From assembly GCA_051117555.1 (NCBI GenBank), contig JBNPEG010000083.1:1-46071 (forward strand): a stretch of DNA of 46,071 nucleotides, in the 5' to 3' direction. Position numbers and translations under genes: made by a program. This document shows positions 21,621 to 31,005 of the stretch, piece by piece (position 1 is the first letter of the stretch; each line of letters starts with the position of its first letter). This DNA comes from Elainellaceae cyanobacterium (lineage in GTDB: Bacteria > Cyanobacteriota > Cyanobacteriia > CAZCXK01). Below the pieces are notes generated by a model that saw only the letters and a program-made list of their open reading frames with translations, was not told where the DNA came from and ran no database searches.

Positions 21621-22721
21621 CTACGTTAAGTGCTTGAATACCATCTTGAGTAAATCTGACTGGGTGAACGGCTTTGTCAGATAGCCCGATGCTCTCACCA
21701 GCTTTGCCTTAGCTCGATCGATAAAGCCTGTATTTCCAGTCACCATGATGATAGGCGTATTTTTAAATGATGGATGTCGTCTCAAAAGAGAACACAACTC
21801 ATATCCATCCAAGTTCGGCATTTCAACATCCAAAAGAATCAGATCTGGCTTGTTTCGAACAATTTGCATGAGCGCCTTGACCGGATTATTAATCATCAAC
21901 ACCGAGAAGCTCTTGTCTTCCAAAAAAGAATTGATGGCGTTTAGAACCGTGGGACTATCGTCAATACAGGCAATTTTGTAAACTGTTTTCGCTGCCCCCG
22001 CAGCATTTTCTTGAGCTGGATAGCCAGGGATAGGGCTATTCATCGGTTCAGCCACCCTATTTTGAACAGGGTTGACTGGAGTTGGACTAGGGGCGGGGGC
22101 AGGATTGACGGCCGGAGACTTAAAGTTGCTGGGTTGAACGAGTGGATTAACCGGTCGAGTCGGAGTTTGGATGATTTGACGAGACGATTTGCGCTGCCGC
22201 AATTGCGCCTGACAATATTCGACAAGTGGACGAATATCCAGTTGACACAGTTGGGGCATTTCCACAAACTGACCGGGTTCGATCAGCTCATAGGCTCCTT
22301 CTCGGACCAGAAGAAACGACTCGATCACCTCTTTGGCAAGGTTCTCAATGAGCAGAGTTGCCTGAGCAGAATCAAGATACTGCTGATTTACCAACCAACA
22401 AATCGCCTGATAGTCCGGTACGTAAGTAGAGTCCACATCAACCGAGCGCTCAAACAGCAACCGAACTTGCACCCGAACTGCACTAACTAGGCTAGGCACC
22501 TGGTTGTTGAGTCGGCGCAAATATTGATCAAGTCGTCCAAAGGGGTCAACCGAATTGGTCGCATAGGTAAGCTTTCCCTGCTCTAAATAAAACGTCCAAG
22601 ACGCTGCATCATTAAATACCTGTAAACAACCGCTAGCCTGTCGACTCGTTAACTGTGCAAGTAAGCTCAGCGGATGCAATCTTTGAAACGATCTGTGGCT
22701 AACCATAGCGGCAGTATTCAT
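21621..22721 (-). CDS. pixG: PatA-family response regulator (PixG-like; PATAN domain plus receiver)
   Basis: N-terminal PATAN-like domain (SGCLQV, GKLTYA, DYQAICWLV), Pro-rich linker, receiver (CIDDS, LDVEMP, GYLTKPF). Confidence 0.9.
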   Translation of the reverse strand: MNTAAMVSHRSFQRLHPLSLLAQLTSRQASGCLQVFNDAASWTFYLEQGKLTYATNSVDPFGRLDQYLRRLNNQVPSLVSAVRVQVRLLFERSVDVDSTYVPDYQAICWLVNQQYLDSAQATLLIENLAKEVIESFLLVREGAYELIEPGQFVEMPQLCQLDIRPLVEYCQAQLRQRKSSRQIIQTPTRPVNPLVQPSNFKSPAVNPAPAPSPTPVNPVQNRVAEPMNSPIPGYPAQENAAGAAKTVYKIACIDDSPTVLNAINSFLEDKSFSVLMINNPVKALMQIVRNKPDLILLDVEMPNLDGYELCSLLRRHPSFKNTPIIMVTGNTGFIDRAKAKLVRASGYLTKPFTQSDLLKMVFKHLT

Positions 22722-24108
22722 TGGTCTCTACTCCGGCTTCAGTTCATCAACTCCGATATACGCTCAGGACTTGGTAACGAGTTGGGACTCATAATAGCCC
22801 CACACAGTCGTTGGGAACACAAATCCATACAAGATTGAGCTGGGTAGGTACACCGATGATCAACACCCAAATCGATGTGCAAAACCGTTTAGGTGGCTAA
22901 AAATATTCAGGCGAGTAAACTTGGCATTTACTGAGCACGCACGTCTGGCAAACTCACATCCAATCATTTATATGTGCAGTGAGGTAACGCGAGATCCGGA
23001 ACAAATAATCCATTCGGCATCTAATTAACGCCCATGAACTGATACTTCCAAATCAAGGCAATGCATGCTAATCGACTGAAATATTGGCTTGATAGATACT
23101 CTAAACGAATGCTCTTTAGTAACAGATGAATGGCTATTTGCTGACTGTAGCCAAATGATAGATGGTGCTACCCCTGATCCATCTCCAAGTTTTCGCTTAC
23201 AAGCTGGTCAAAATCTCGCAAGCCTTGGTGCAATCCTCAAAAACTTGAGCAGGTCAGTTGGTATGAGCTAGCAATTTCCCAGTTGATATTGAGACTAACA
23301 GATTGATTTAACAAAGTGGGTGAAGGGGACATGAAGAATATATAAAAATCGAAACAAGCTGCATTCGTGAGTTCTCAAGGGTTTCAGGTTAGAAATGAAT
23401 CTCAAACGGGTGGATAAATACGGCAGGTGCGATCGCGTAGCGTGCAACACACATGACTGATGATTTAACTCAGGGCGAATGGCCGAAACGTGCCGCAAAT
23501 TGGGGTTTGAAGAGATTAGATCATGGCTGAACGATCGTAAGACACGTATTACGGTGATAACACACTATTTTCTGAAGCCCCGTTTAAATGAAGTCACGAA
23601 ACGCTAAATTTATGCGAGCTTCAAGTTTGAATGAAGAAAGAATTAAGCTGCGTCGGTTTTGTGACAAAATCCAACATTTTGGGGCGATCGCCTGTAGAAC
23701 TAGGGGTCAGGACGGCTAAAATCGCTCTAACTGTGAATGGATTTGATATAGATTCTGATGCAGAGAGAATCGCCGCCCATCATCCAATCAGTCAATGCCG
23801 GAGTTGATAGAAAGATTGAATCGTTCATTTAGGTCGTTTTCTAACGTATGTTTAAAAAGTCGATTGCGTGTTTGATAAAGGCGCGCCGAATGAATACATG
23901 CGCAAAACATACCCAAGCTGGCTCAATCTTATGGGCCTAGATTTGGCGAGCGTGTTAGCAGCAGTTTAACTTACAGCAGTATGCCATCAGATGTAATACA
24001 ATACGTCATCAAATATTGCTCGACTCAGAATTCTTTACTGTAAGTTTGATATCGTTGTGATTATTTTATAGACGCTAATATTCACTAAAGGATTAACCTC
24101 TTAAGACG

Positions 24109-27100
24109 ATGACTAGCAAAGTCATGACCTTCCGGTTCCCACAACGGCTAGCTGAGACTATTGTTTCATTGGCAGAAGAGACAGGCAAAGGCAAGACCGC
24201 AATTGTAGTAGACGCTTTGAATCGGGCTCTTGAGATTCCGCCTGAGCCAGCCGACCCCGTGATAGAACCGCTCAAGCGGCAAATTTCTCAACTGGCTCAG
24301 CAGGTCGAAACTCTCTCTGATCAACTGGGTGACATTCAACAGCAGACGTTAGACGAACCAGATTTACCAGATTTACATCGATTCAACTCACTAGAGCATG
24401 CGGTTGATTCCTGTCGAGAGGGTGATGATATGCAGGTTGGCGCTGATGCTCTACCTATCATGTCACAGACACGTGATGCCAGTATAAGAGGCGGTGAGAG
24501 TGGCAGCGTGAGTTTGCAGGGTAATCGAGCCGAGACGCCGATCGAGCTTGATACCTCAGCGAATTCTTCAGAGTCTTCAGACGGCGAGAACCGTGAACTT
24601 CTTGACCGCATCGCGTATCAGTCAGCAGTTCTCGATCAAATTCTCTCGGCATCGCCAGATTTATTCTTTGTGCACGATCGATTTGGTCGATATACCTATG
24701 TGAACCCCGCTGGAGCCAGAGCACTCGGTTTTGAGCGAAGCTATTTTTTAGGGCGAACGATTCGAAATTTAGAGGTGGCTGCCGACTTCCTGGAACCGTT
24801 TGCGCTTCAATATGAAGCGGTATTGACAACAGGGCAGCCTGCCAGCGGTGAAATCAGCATTCCAACCATCAATGGAGCTCGAAATTATGATTATATTTTG
24901 AGCCCAGTCCAGGGAACGAATAATACAATTAACTCCGTTGTTTGTATTGCGCGTGATATCACTGAGCGGAAACAGGCAGAAGCATTTCTGCGAGACTCAG
25001 AGGTCAAATATCGTAATTTGTTTGAATCTGCGAATGATTCGATCTTTATCGTCGATGCAATTACCCATCGATTCCTAAACGTCAATTGGAATGCAGCACG
25101 GCGATTAGGATATACCCGACAAGAACTGCTAAAGCTTTCAATTTGGGATATTGATCAATCGGCTTCAGATGCTCGAAATAAATCCCTGGTGCGATCGCTG
25201 CTGGCGGGAGGACACCTCATTCTAGAAACAACGTTTCAGTGTCGAGACGGCACTGAACTGCCTGTCGAGGTTAGTAGCTGGGTAATTGAGTACGGCGATC
25301 GCCTCGCGTTTCAGAGTTTTGCCCGTGATATCAGCGATCGCAAGCGAGCAGAAGCAGAAATTCGGGCACTCAACGCTGACCTAGAGCAACGGGTGAATGA
25401 TCGCACCGCCCAGCTCCAGCAAACGAATATTGAGTTGGCCAACGAAGTTGCAGAGCGGCAACAGGCAGAAATCGCGCTCAAGCAGGCAGAAGCCAAGTAT
25501 CGCGGTATTGTCGAGAATGCCGTCATCGGGATTTTCCAAACCACGCCCCAAGGTCGATATCTAAGCGTCAACCCGACGATGGCGCGCATCTACGGATATG
25601 ATTCTCCAGACGAGCTGATGAGCCAGTTAGTCGACATTGAGCATCAGCTCTATGTCGACCCCAATCGCCGGATTGAATTCATGCGATTGATGCAAGAACA
25701 TAATACTGTTCAAAACTTTGAATCGCTGGTGCGGCGCAGAGATGGCAGCACTATCTGGATTTCTGAAAATGTCCGAGCGGTTCGTGATGAAGACGGGCAG
25801 GTTTTATTCTACGAAGGCACAACCCTTGATAATACTGACCGCAAACGCAATGAGGAGGAGCTGCAGCGACGCTGGGAACGAGAGCAGATTACTCGGGCGA
25901 TCGCCCAACGCATCCATCAATCCCTCGACTTAGAGCAGATTTTAAATACCAGCGTCACAGAGGTACGGCAGTTCTTGCAGGTCGATCGGGTCCTCGTTTA
26001 TCGGTTTGAATCAGAATATATTGGGCGTGTCAGCGTTGAATCTATCAGTAACGAATGCTTCTCAATTTTAGGATCTCAGGTCGAAGATTCATGCTTTGGC
26101 AACGACTTGATTGAACGCTATCAGCAGGGATATGTTTCAGTCATTCAAGATGTCCGCGCTGAAGAGTTGCATCCGTGTTATGCCAATCTCCTAAACTCAT
26201 TTCACGTCAGAGCAAATCTAGTGGTTCCGATCGTGCAAGGGGATGGCTTCTGGGGGTTGCTGATTGCCCATCATTGCACTGCGCCTCGGTCATGGGCTCT
26301 TCACGAAATTGAACTTCTCAAACAACTATCAACCCAATTAGGAATTGCGACTCAGCAAGCCGAGCTTTATCAACAGGTCAGTACCGAGCTTCATGAACGC
26401 AAATTAGTAGAATCATCGCTCCGGGACAGTGAAGATCGCTATCGCTCTCTGATTACCGCCATGGCAGAGGGCGTCATTTTGCATCAGGCTGATGGTCAAA
26501 TTATTGCCTGCAACGCCAGCGCAGAACGTATTCTAGGACTCTCCGAGGATCAGCTGATGGGGCGGACTTCGATTGACCCTCGCTGGCAAACCATTCGTGA
26601 GGATGGTACGCCATTTCCTGGGCAAGAACACCCCGCTATGGTGACGCTCAACACGGGAGAGCCTCAAGCCAATGTGGTCTTTGGAGTTCATAAACCCACG
26701 GGAGAACTAACCTGGATTCAAGTCAACTCGCAACCTGTGTTTAACGAAGGAGAACCACAACCTATTGCAGCAGTCATCTCGTTTTCAGATATTACAGAAC
26801 AGAAACAGATTGAAACTGAGAAACGACAGGCTGAAGAGGCGATCGCCAAGCGAGAACAATATCTGGCTGACCTGGTTGAGGTTCAGCGGCGTTTACTTGC
26901 CCTAAAAGTAGATTGCCAAGCGCCTTACGATGAAGTACTAGAAATTTTGGGAAACGTGTCGGGGGCGAGCCGAGTCTATGTCTTTGAAAACCAGCTCTGC
27001 GATGATGGACATGTGATCACCAGTCAGGTAGCAGAATGGTGTGCAGACGGCATTCAACCCGAAATTCATAATCCCGACTTACAACAATTGGCGCTTGACG

Positions 27101-27762
27101 ACTGTTTGCCTCGATGGGTGACTACATTAAAAGCAGGCCACATCATTGCAGGAATTGTCGACGACTTTCCAGCGTCAGAAAGCCTCCTTCTTAAACCTCA
27201 AGGGATTTTATCGATTCTAATTTTGCCGCTGATGGTCAACGATGAATTCTTCGGCTTCATTGGCTTTGACAATTGCGTGGATGCTCGAGAGTGGGAATCG
27301 TCTGAAATTGATTTGCTAAGGGCTGCAGCAACTGCAATTGCGTTATGGCAAGAGCGGATACAAATTGAAATTGATCTGCATAACAGTGAAGAAAGATATG
27401 CTCTTGCTGCCAGTATTAGCAAAACAGGCGTTTGGGATTGGAATCTGGAAACTGACGAAATGTACTTATCATCTGATTTGAAAGCCATGCTGGGCTTTAC
27501 CGATCAAGAAATCCCCAATCATATTGATGCCTGGCTCCAGCACGTGCATCCTGATGATCGGGACCACGTGATGGCTGAGGCAACGGCCCACCTAGAAGGA
27601 CGCAAACCCTACTACGAAGTTGAGCGTCGTATGGTGCATAAAGACGGAAGCATCCGCTGGTTTTTGGTTCGCGGTGTAGCCGCCCGCGATGAAACGGGGA
27701 AACCCTACTGCATGATGGGCTCAGATACAGATATTACCCACTTAAAAGAAACGCCATTATAA
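24109..27762 (+). CDS. RHH-like N-terminus + PAS x3 + DXCF cyanobacteriochrome GAF + PAS + GAF + PAS; no C-terminal kinase or cyclase domain
   Basis: N-terminus KVMTFRFPQRLAETIVSLAEETGKGKTAIVVDALNRAL; PAC ends DITERK/DISDRK/DNTDRK/DITEQK/DITHLK; GAF with DSCF and CY; ends TAA TAG. Confidence 0.85.
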   Translation: MTSKVMTFRFPQRLAETIVSLAEETGKGKTAIVVDALNRALEIPPEPADPVIEPLKRQISQLAQQVETLSDQLGDIQQQTLDEPDLPDLHRFNSLEHAVDSCREGDDMQVGADALPIMSQTRDASIRGGESGSVSLQGNRAETPIELDTSANSSESSDGENRELLDRIAYQSAVLDQILSASPDLFFVHDRFGRYTYVNPAGARALGFERSYFLGRTIRNLEVAADFLEPFALQYEAVLTTGQPASGEISIPTINGARNYDYILSPVQGTNNTINSVVCIARDITERKQAEAFLRDSEVKYRNLFESANDSIFIVDAITHRFLNVNWNAARRLGYTRQELLKLSIWDIDQSASDARNKSLVRSLLAGGHLILETTFQCRDGTELPVEVSSWVIEYGDRLAFQSFARDISDRKRAEAEIRALNADLEQRVNDRTAQLQQTNIELANEVAERQQAEIALKQAEAKYRGIVENAVIGIFQTTPQGRYLSVNPTMARIYGYDSPDELMSQLVDIEHQLYVDPNRRIEFMRLMQEHNTVQNFESLVRRRDGSTIWISENVRAVRDEDGQVLFYEGTTLDNTDRKRNEEELQRRWEREQITRAIAQRIHQSLDLEQILNTSVTEVRQFLQVDRVLVYRFESEYIGRVSVESISNECFSILGSQVEDSCFGNDLIERYQQGYVSVIQDVRAEELHPCYANLLNSFHVRANLVVPIVQGDGFWGLLIAHHCTAPRSWALHEIELLKQLSTQLGIATQQAELYQQVSTELHERKLVESSLRDSEDRYRSLITAMAEGVILHQADGQIIACNASAERILGLSEDQLMGRTSIDPRWQTIREDGTPFPGQEHPAMVTLNTGEPQANVVFGVHKPTGELTWIQVNSQPVFNEGEPQPIAAVISFSDITEQKQIETEKRQAEEAIAKREQYLADLVEVQRRLLALKVDCQAPYDEVLEILGNVSGASRVYVFENQLCDDGHVITSQVAEWCADGIQPEIHNPDLQQLALDDCLPRWVTTLKAGHIIAGIVDDFPASESLLLKPQGILSILILPLMVNDEFFGFIGFDNCVDAREWESSEIDLLRAAATAIALWQERIQIEIDLHNSEERYALAASISKTGVWDWNLETDEMYLSSDLKAMLGFTDQEIPNHIDAWLQHVHPDDRDHVMAEATAHLEGRKPYYEVERRMVHKDGSIRWFLVRGVAARDETGKPYCMMGSDTDITHLKETPL

Positions 27763-28171
27763 TAGCTGCGCGATCGCTCAGTTTTGACCGAGGTTATGAC
27801 TAGCTTCATAATTTGATCCCGTTTCATAACGACTGCTTAACCAATGACACCTGATAGGAGCGTTATAATCAAAGCAATATAAGCTGTAGTGTTTGCTACG
27901 GTTTGTGTTTTTTTGTCTGACTAGTCTGCATGGTAGGTGCGTTGCTGATGAATAGCCAATCTTATACATCTCGTCGTCTTCATTCGTCTGAAGTGTCACC
28001 CTTCCCTTCTGACGAGAACTTTGACTTTTCCCTGTGGTCACGGTTGGTGAAAGAGCAAATGGTGTCGACTCTACAAAAACGCCAAAAAAATCGCTAAATT
28101 TTTGATTTCTTTCATTTATAGCAATGCGCGCTTGGGTTAAGTTGACGACTCCAAGACAGCCGGGTTTAGTG

Positions 28172-28213
28172 AACAGCCGCAGCATATTAAATTCTGCGGC
28201 TGTTTGTTTTTTT
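28172..28213 (+). terminator. Rho-independent terminator
   Basis: 11-bp stem AACAGCCGCAG/CTGCGGCTGTT followed by TGTTTTTTT. Confidence 0.75.
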
Positions 28214-28224
28214 GGTATTGCCTG

Positions 28225-28304
28225 ACGCTCTCATGTTAGGACAGAACGTGTGGTGAGCCCGCGTGCCGCGCTGGCTCACCACACAAATCTGAGCCCGTAG
28301 GGCT
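28225..28304. repeat. Dispersed palindromic repeat, copy 1 (long form), just downstream of bcsA
   Basis: 12-bp stem GTGTGGTGAGCC/GGCTCACCACAC plus AGCCCgtaGGGCT; similar to 43994-44039 on the opposite strand. Confidence 0.7.
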
Positions 28305-28324
28305 ATAAAGGGGAAATCGGCTGG

Positions 28325-30940
28325 TTAATTCAGCGATCGCAAGAGTTGCCGAATTTTGCTGCGCTGCTGGCGATCAAGCGATTCAGGAAACGTCATCTCA
28401 AATGCAACGCGGTATGTTGGCACCGATTGCTTTAGCGTTGATAAGCCGGGTAGCATCTCCACTGTTTGCACTTCAGCCAGCAGGCTTTGAGGGGCTGCAC
28501 TATTCTCATCTTCAAGCAATAGGCTAATCGTGGGCTGGGTATTTTCGAGCGCTTCTAAGTTAAGCCCGGCATCATAATCAAGTTCGAGGCGCAAATCTCG
28601 CGTTCCCATTTCTGTGACAGCCGCTGCGTAGGTGCCTCCCGTCCATCCATCCCAATACATTTGAGCCTTTGCTCTTACCTGTTTACGTACTTTTACGCCA
28701 ATTTCTGGGCGTAGTTCTTGAAATGCCCGCTTAAAACTAGATGCAATAAATCTCAACGATGTCAGTGGATTATCAATTTCTTGACGACTCTGGGAATACC
28801 ATTGTTTCACATCGGAATACAGTACAACTGCTAAATCATCGAGCTGGACTCGACTGGGGTCGATAAAGTCAACGGCCAATATAGTTTGTAATCGATCGGT
28901 GGCGATCGCCCTGACGATTCGCGCATCGAGCAGCACCCGTGCTCCATAATCTCCCACTAATTCAACCCGAATCTCATCAGGGATATTAGGCCATACATCG
29001 AGCAAAATTTGCGCTCCGGTTTCGCTCACATTGGTGGTGATACCCGTCCAGCTTCCCGCTTCAGTATGGATCATGGCGGTCAAGGTCCGGGGAAGCCGAT
29101 GAGCGCGGCGGAGTTGGGGTTGTTCAAAGGCTACCAAACACGCGGCTAGCACCAACAATAGGTTAAACCCACACCACAACGCATTGATGAGCACTGCTTG
29201 CGTATCAATGGGGCTGAGTATTAGCCAAAATGGAACTGTAATCAGAGCAGCGGCAGTAATCGTGCCTAACACAACCAGATATCGCACGCTTTCTAAATCA
29301 AAGCTGCGCTTGTTAACAACTAACCCTTTACTGGTTACGTTGAATGAGCCTAACCGAGGATTAACTAGCGCCAAAATCGTCACAATGCCCGCCTGAAATG
29401 ACAGGGCAAATTCATAAATCTCATTCCAAAACGAGAAGCGCACATGCTTGTAGGGAATGTGGTTGGTCTGCATCGACAAGATAATGTGAGGCAGCGCATA
29501 GCATAGCGTTTCTAACCCCAAACCTTTCACCGAGCTAATGCCAAACAGCAGAAATAAGTTGGGAGCGATCGCATACATGAGCCGAGGAAAGCCGAAGAAA
29601 AAGTGAGATGTGGCGCTGAAATAACAGAGCCGCTGCGCCAAGCGTAAATCGAGCTTGCGATTAAACATAGGGTTCTCGATTCGCAAAATTTGCGCCATGC
29701 CTCGCGCCCAGCGCACCTGCTGCCCGACATACGACGAAAATTTTTCAGGCGCTAATCCCGCTACCATGATTTTGTCGTAGTACACCGTCTCATATCCCAT
29801 CGAATGCAGCCGGAGTGACGTATGACAATCTTCGGTGACCGTCTCGGTGGCAATGCCGCCCACATCCAGCAATGCTTCTCTCCGCACGACGGCTGCCGAT
29901 CCGCAGAAGAAGGCCGCATTCCAAAAATCGTTACCCTTCTGTAAAACTTTGTAAAACAGCTCATTGCCAACCGGAATTCGCCCGCCGGTCAGCAGATTGC
30001 GCTCAAACGGGTCAGGATTATAAAACCAGTGGGGAGTTTGCACGAGGGCAACATTGGCATCAAAGAAAAATCCGACAGTTTCTTCTAAAAAACATCGAGA
30101 CGGAATATGATCGCAGTCTAAAATCAACACCAAATCGCCCTGGGTTCGATTCAGTGCCGTGTTGATATTGCCTGCTTTAGCATGTTCGTTGGTGTCGCGG
30201 GTGAGAAGAGTGCAGCCAATCTCCTCACACATTTCGCGAACGTGTTCGCGCCGTTCTGGATACTTGCGCCCGTCATCGAGAATATAAACTTGTTTTTCAG
30301 CGGGGTACCGGGTTGCCAGCGCTCCCAAGGCAGTTTTGCGAACAATTTCAACGTCTTCGTTATAGGTCGGAATATAAATATCAACTTTGGGCAATTCGTG
30401 GGGTAGAACAGCGCTTAGATCAACGGGGCGACGGTTGCGAATTTTAAGCGTCTGAAAGTATGCCAAAAATAGGGTGGCGATCGCATACAGCTCTGCTAGC
30501 AGTAGAAGAGAGCAAAAAATACTATTAATCCACGTATTAAAATTCAGCGTATAGTTGACGCGATAGTAGAGGTAGCGCAGCGTCGTGATTCCACTTAGCA
30601 CAATTAGAAACAGGTGCAAATATTCGCTGGTACGGCTGCTGGTTTGATCTTCTTCCATCTGCATGACCAGCCGCCCCACCAGAATAAGGACGATGGCAAT
30701 CATGCCCTGTTGCGCCACCCCCGGACGAATCGTAATCAGCGGCGTAAAAAATAGCCACAGCGATAAACACAGCAGCATCAACTGTCGACGACTCAGCCAT
30801 TGAAATAACCAATCCACTTTGTGAGGCAACTTTTCTGCAAGCCAGGCTGTCAGTTTTCGACGGACTCGGTGCTTTGAGTGCTTCATACGCCGGGGACTAG
30901 GCGGCTGTTGAGACTGCAAATTGGGTAATGGACTGACCAT
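28325..30940 (-). CDS. bcsA: Cellulose synthase catalytic subunit (GT2 + PilZ)
   Basis: IPTYNE, ILDDG, HAKAGN, DCD, QTPH, FFCGS, TED, QQVRW; PilZ motifs RRAHR and NVSETG. Confidence 0.95.
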   Translation of the reverse strand: MVSPLPNLQSQQPPSPRRMKHSKHRVRRKLTAWLAEKLPHKVDWLFQWLSRRQLMLLCLSLWLFFTPLITIRPGVAQQGMIAIVLILVGRLVMQMEEDQTSSRTSEYLHLFLIVLSGITTLRYLYYRVNYTLNFNTWINSIFCSLLLLAELYAIATLFLAYFQTLKIRNRRPVDLSAVLPHELPKVDIYIPTYNEDVEIVRKTALGALATRYPAEKQVYILDDGRKYPERREHVREMCEEIGCTLLTRDTNEHAKAGNINTALNRTQGDLVLILDCDHIPSRCFLEETVGFFFDANVALVQTPHWFYNPDPFERNLLTGGRIPVGNELFYKVLQKGNDFWNAAFFCGSAAVVRREALLDVGGIATETVTEDCHTSLRLHSMGYETVYYDKIMVAGLAPEKFSSYVGQQVRWARGMAQILRIENPMFNRKLDLRLAQRLCYFSATSHFFFGFPRLMYAIAPNLFLLFGISSVKGLGLETLCYALPHIILSMQTNHIPYKHVRFSFWNEIYEFALSFQAGIVTILALVNPRLGSFNVTSKGLVVNKRSFDLESVRYLVVLGTITAAALITVPFWLILSPIDTQAVLINALWCGFNLLLVLAACLVAFEQPQLRRAHRLPRTLTAMIHTEAGSWTGITTNVSETGAQILLDVWPNIPDEIRVELVGDYGARVLLDARIVRAIATDRLQTILAVDFIDPSRVQLDDLAVVLYSDVKQWYSQSRQEIDNPLTSLRFIASSFKRAFQELRPEIGVKVRKQVRAKAQMYWDGWTGGTYAAAVTEMGTRDLRLELDYDAGLNLEALENTQPTISLLLEDENSAAPQSLLAEVQTVEMLPGLSTLKQSVPTYRVAFEMTFPESLDRQQRSKIRQLLRSLN

Positions 30941-31005
30941 GCGATCGCTCCTCTGGCTTTTTTAAACGCGAACCCGTGCTAACCTGTCACTTCTCGTCAA
31001 TTTGA

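Noticed and set aside
24600..27762. LOV domain among the PAS repeats
   Set aside because: No GxNCRFLQ motif in any PAS module
27778..28185. 135-aa minus-strand ORF, or a frameshifted output domain of the PAS/GAF protein
   Set aside because: No recognisable motifs, start lies inside the terminator hairpin, wrong strand for a continuation; no HisKA or GGDEF motif seen downstream on the plus strand
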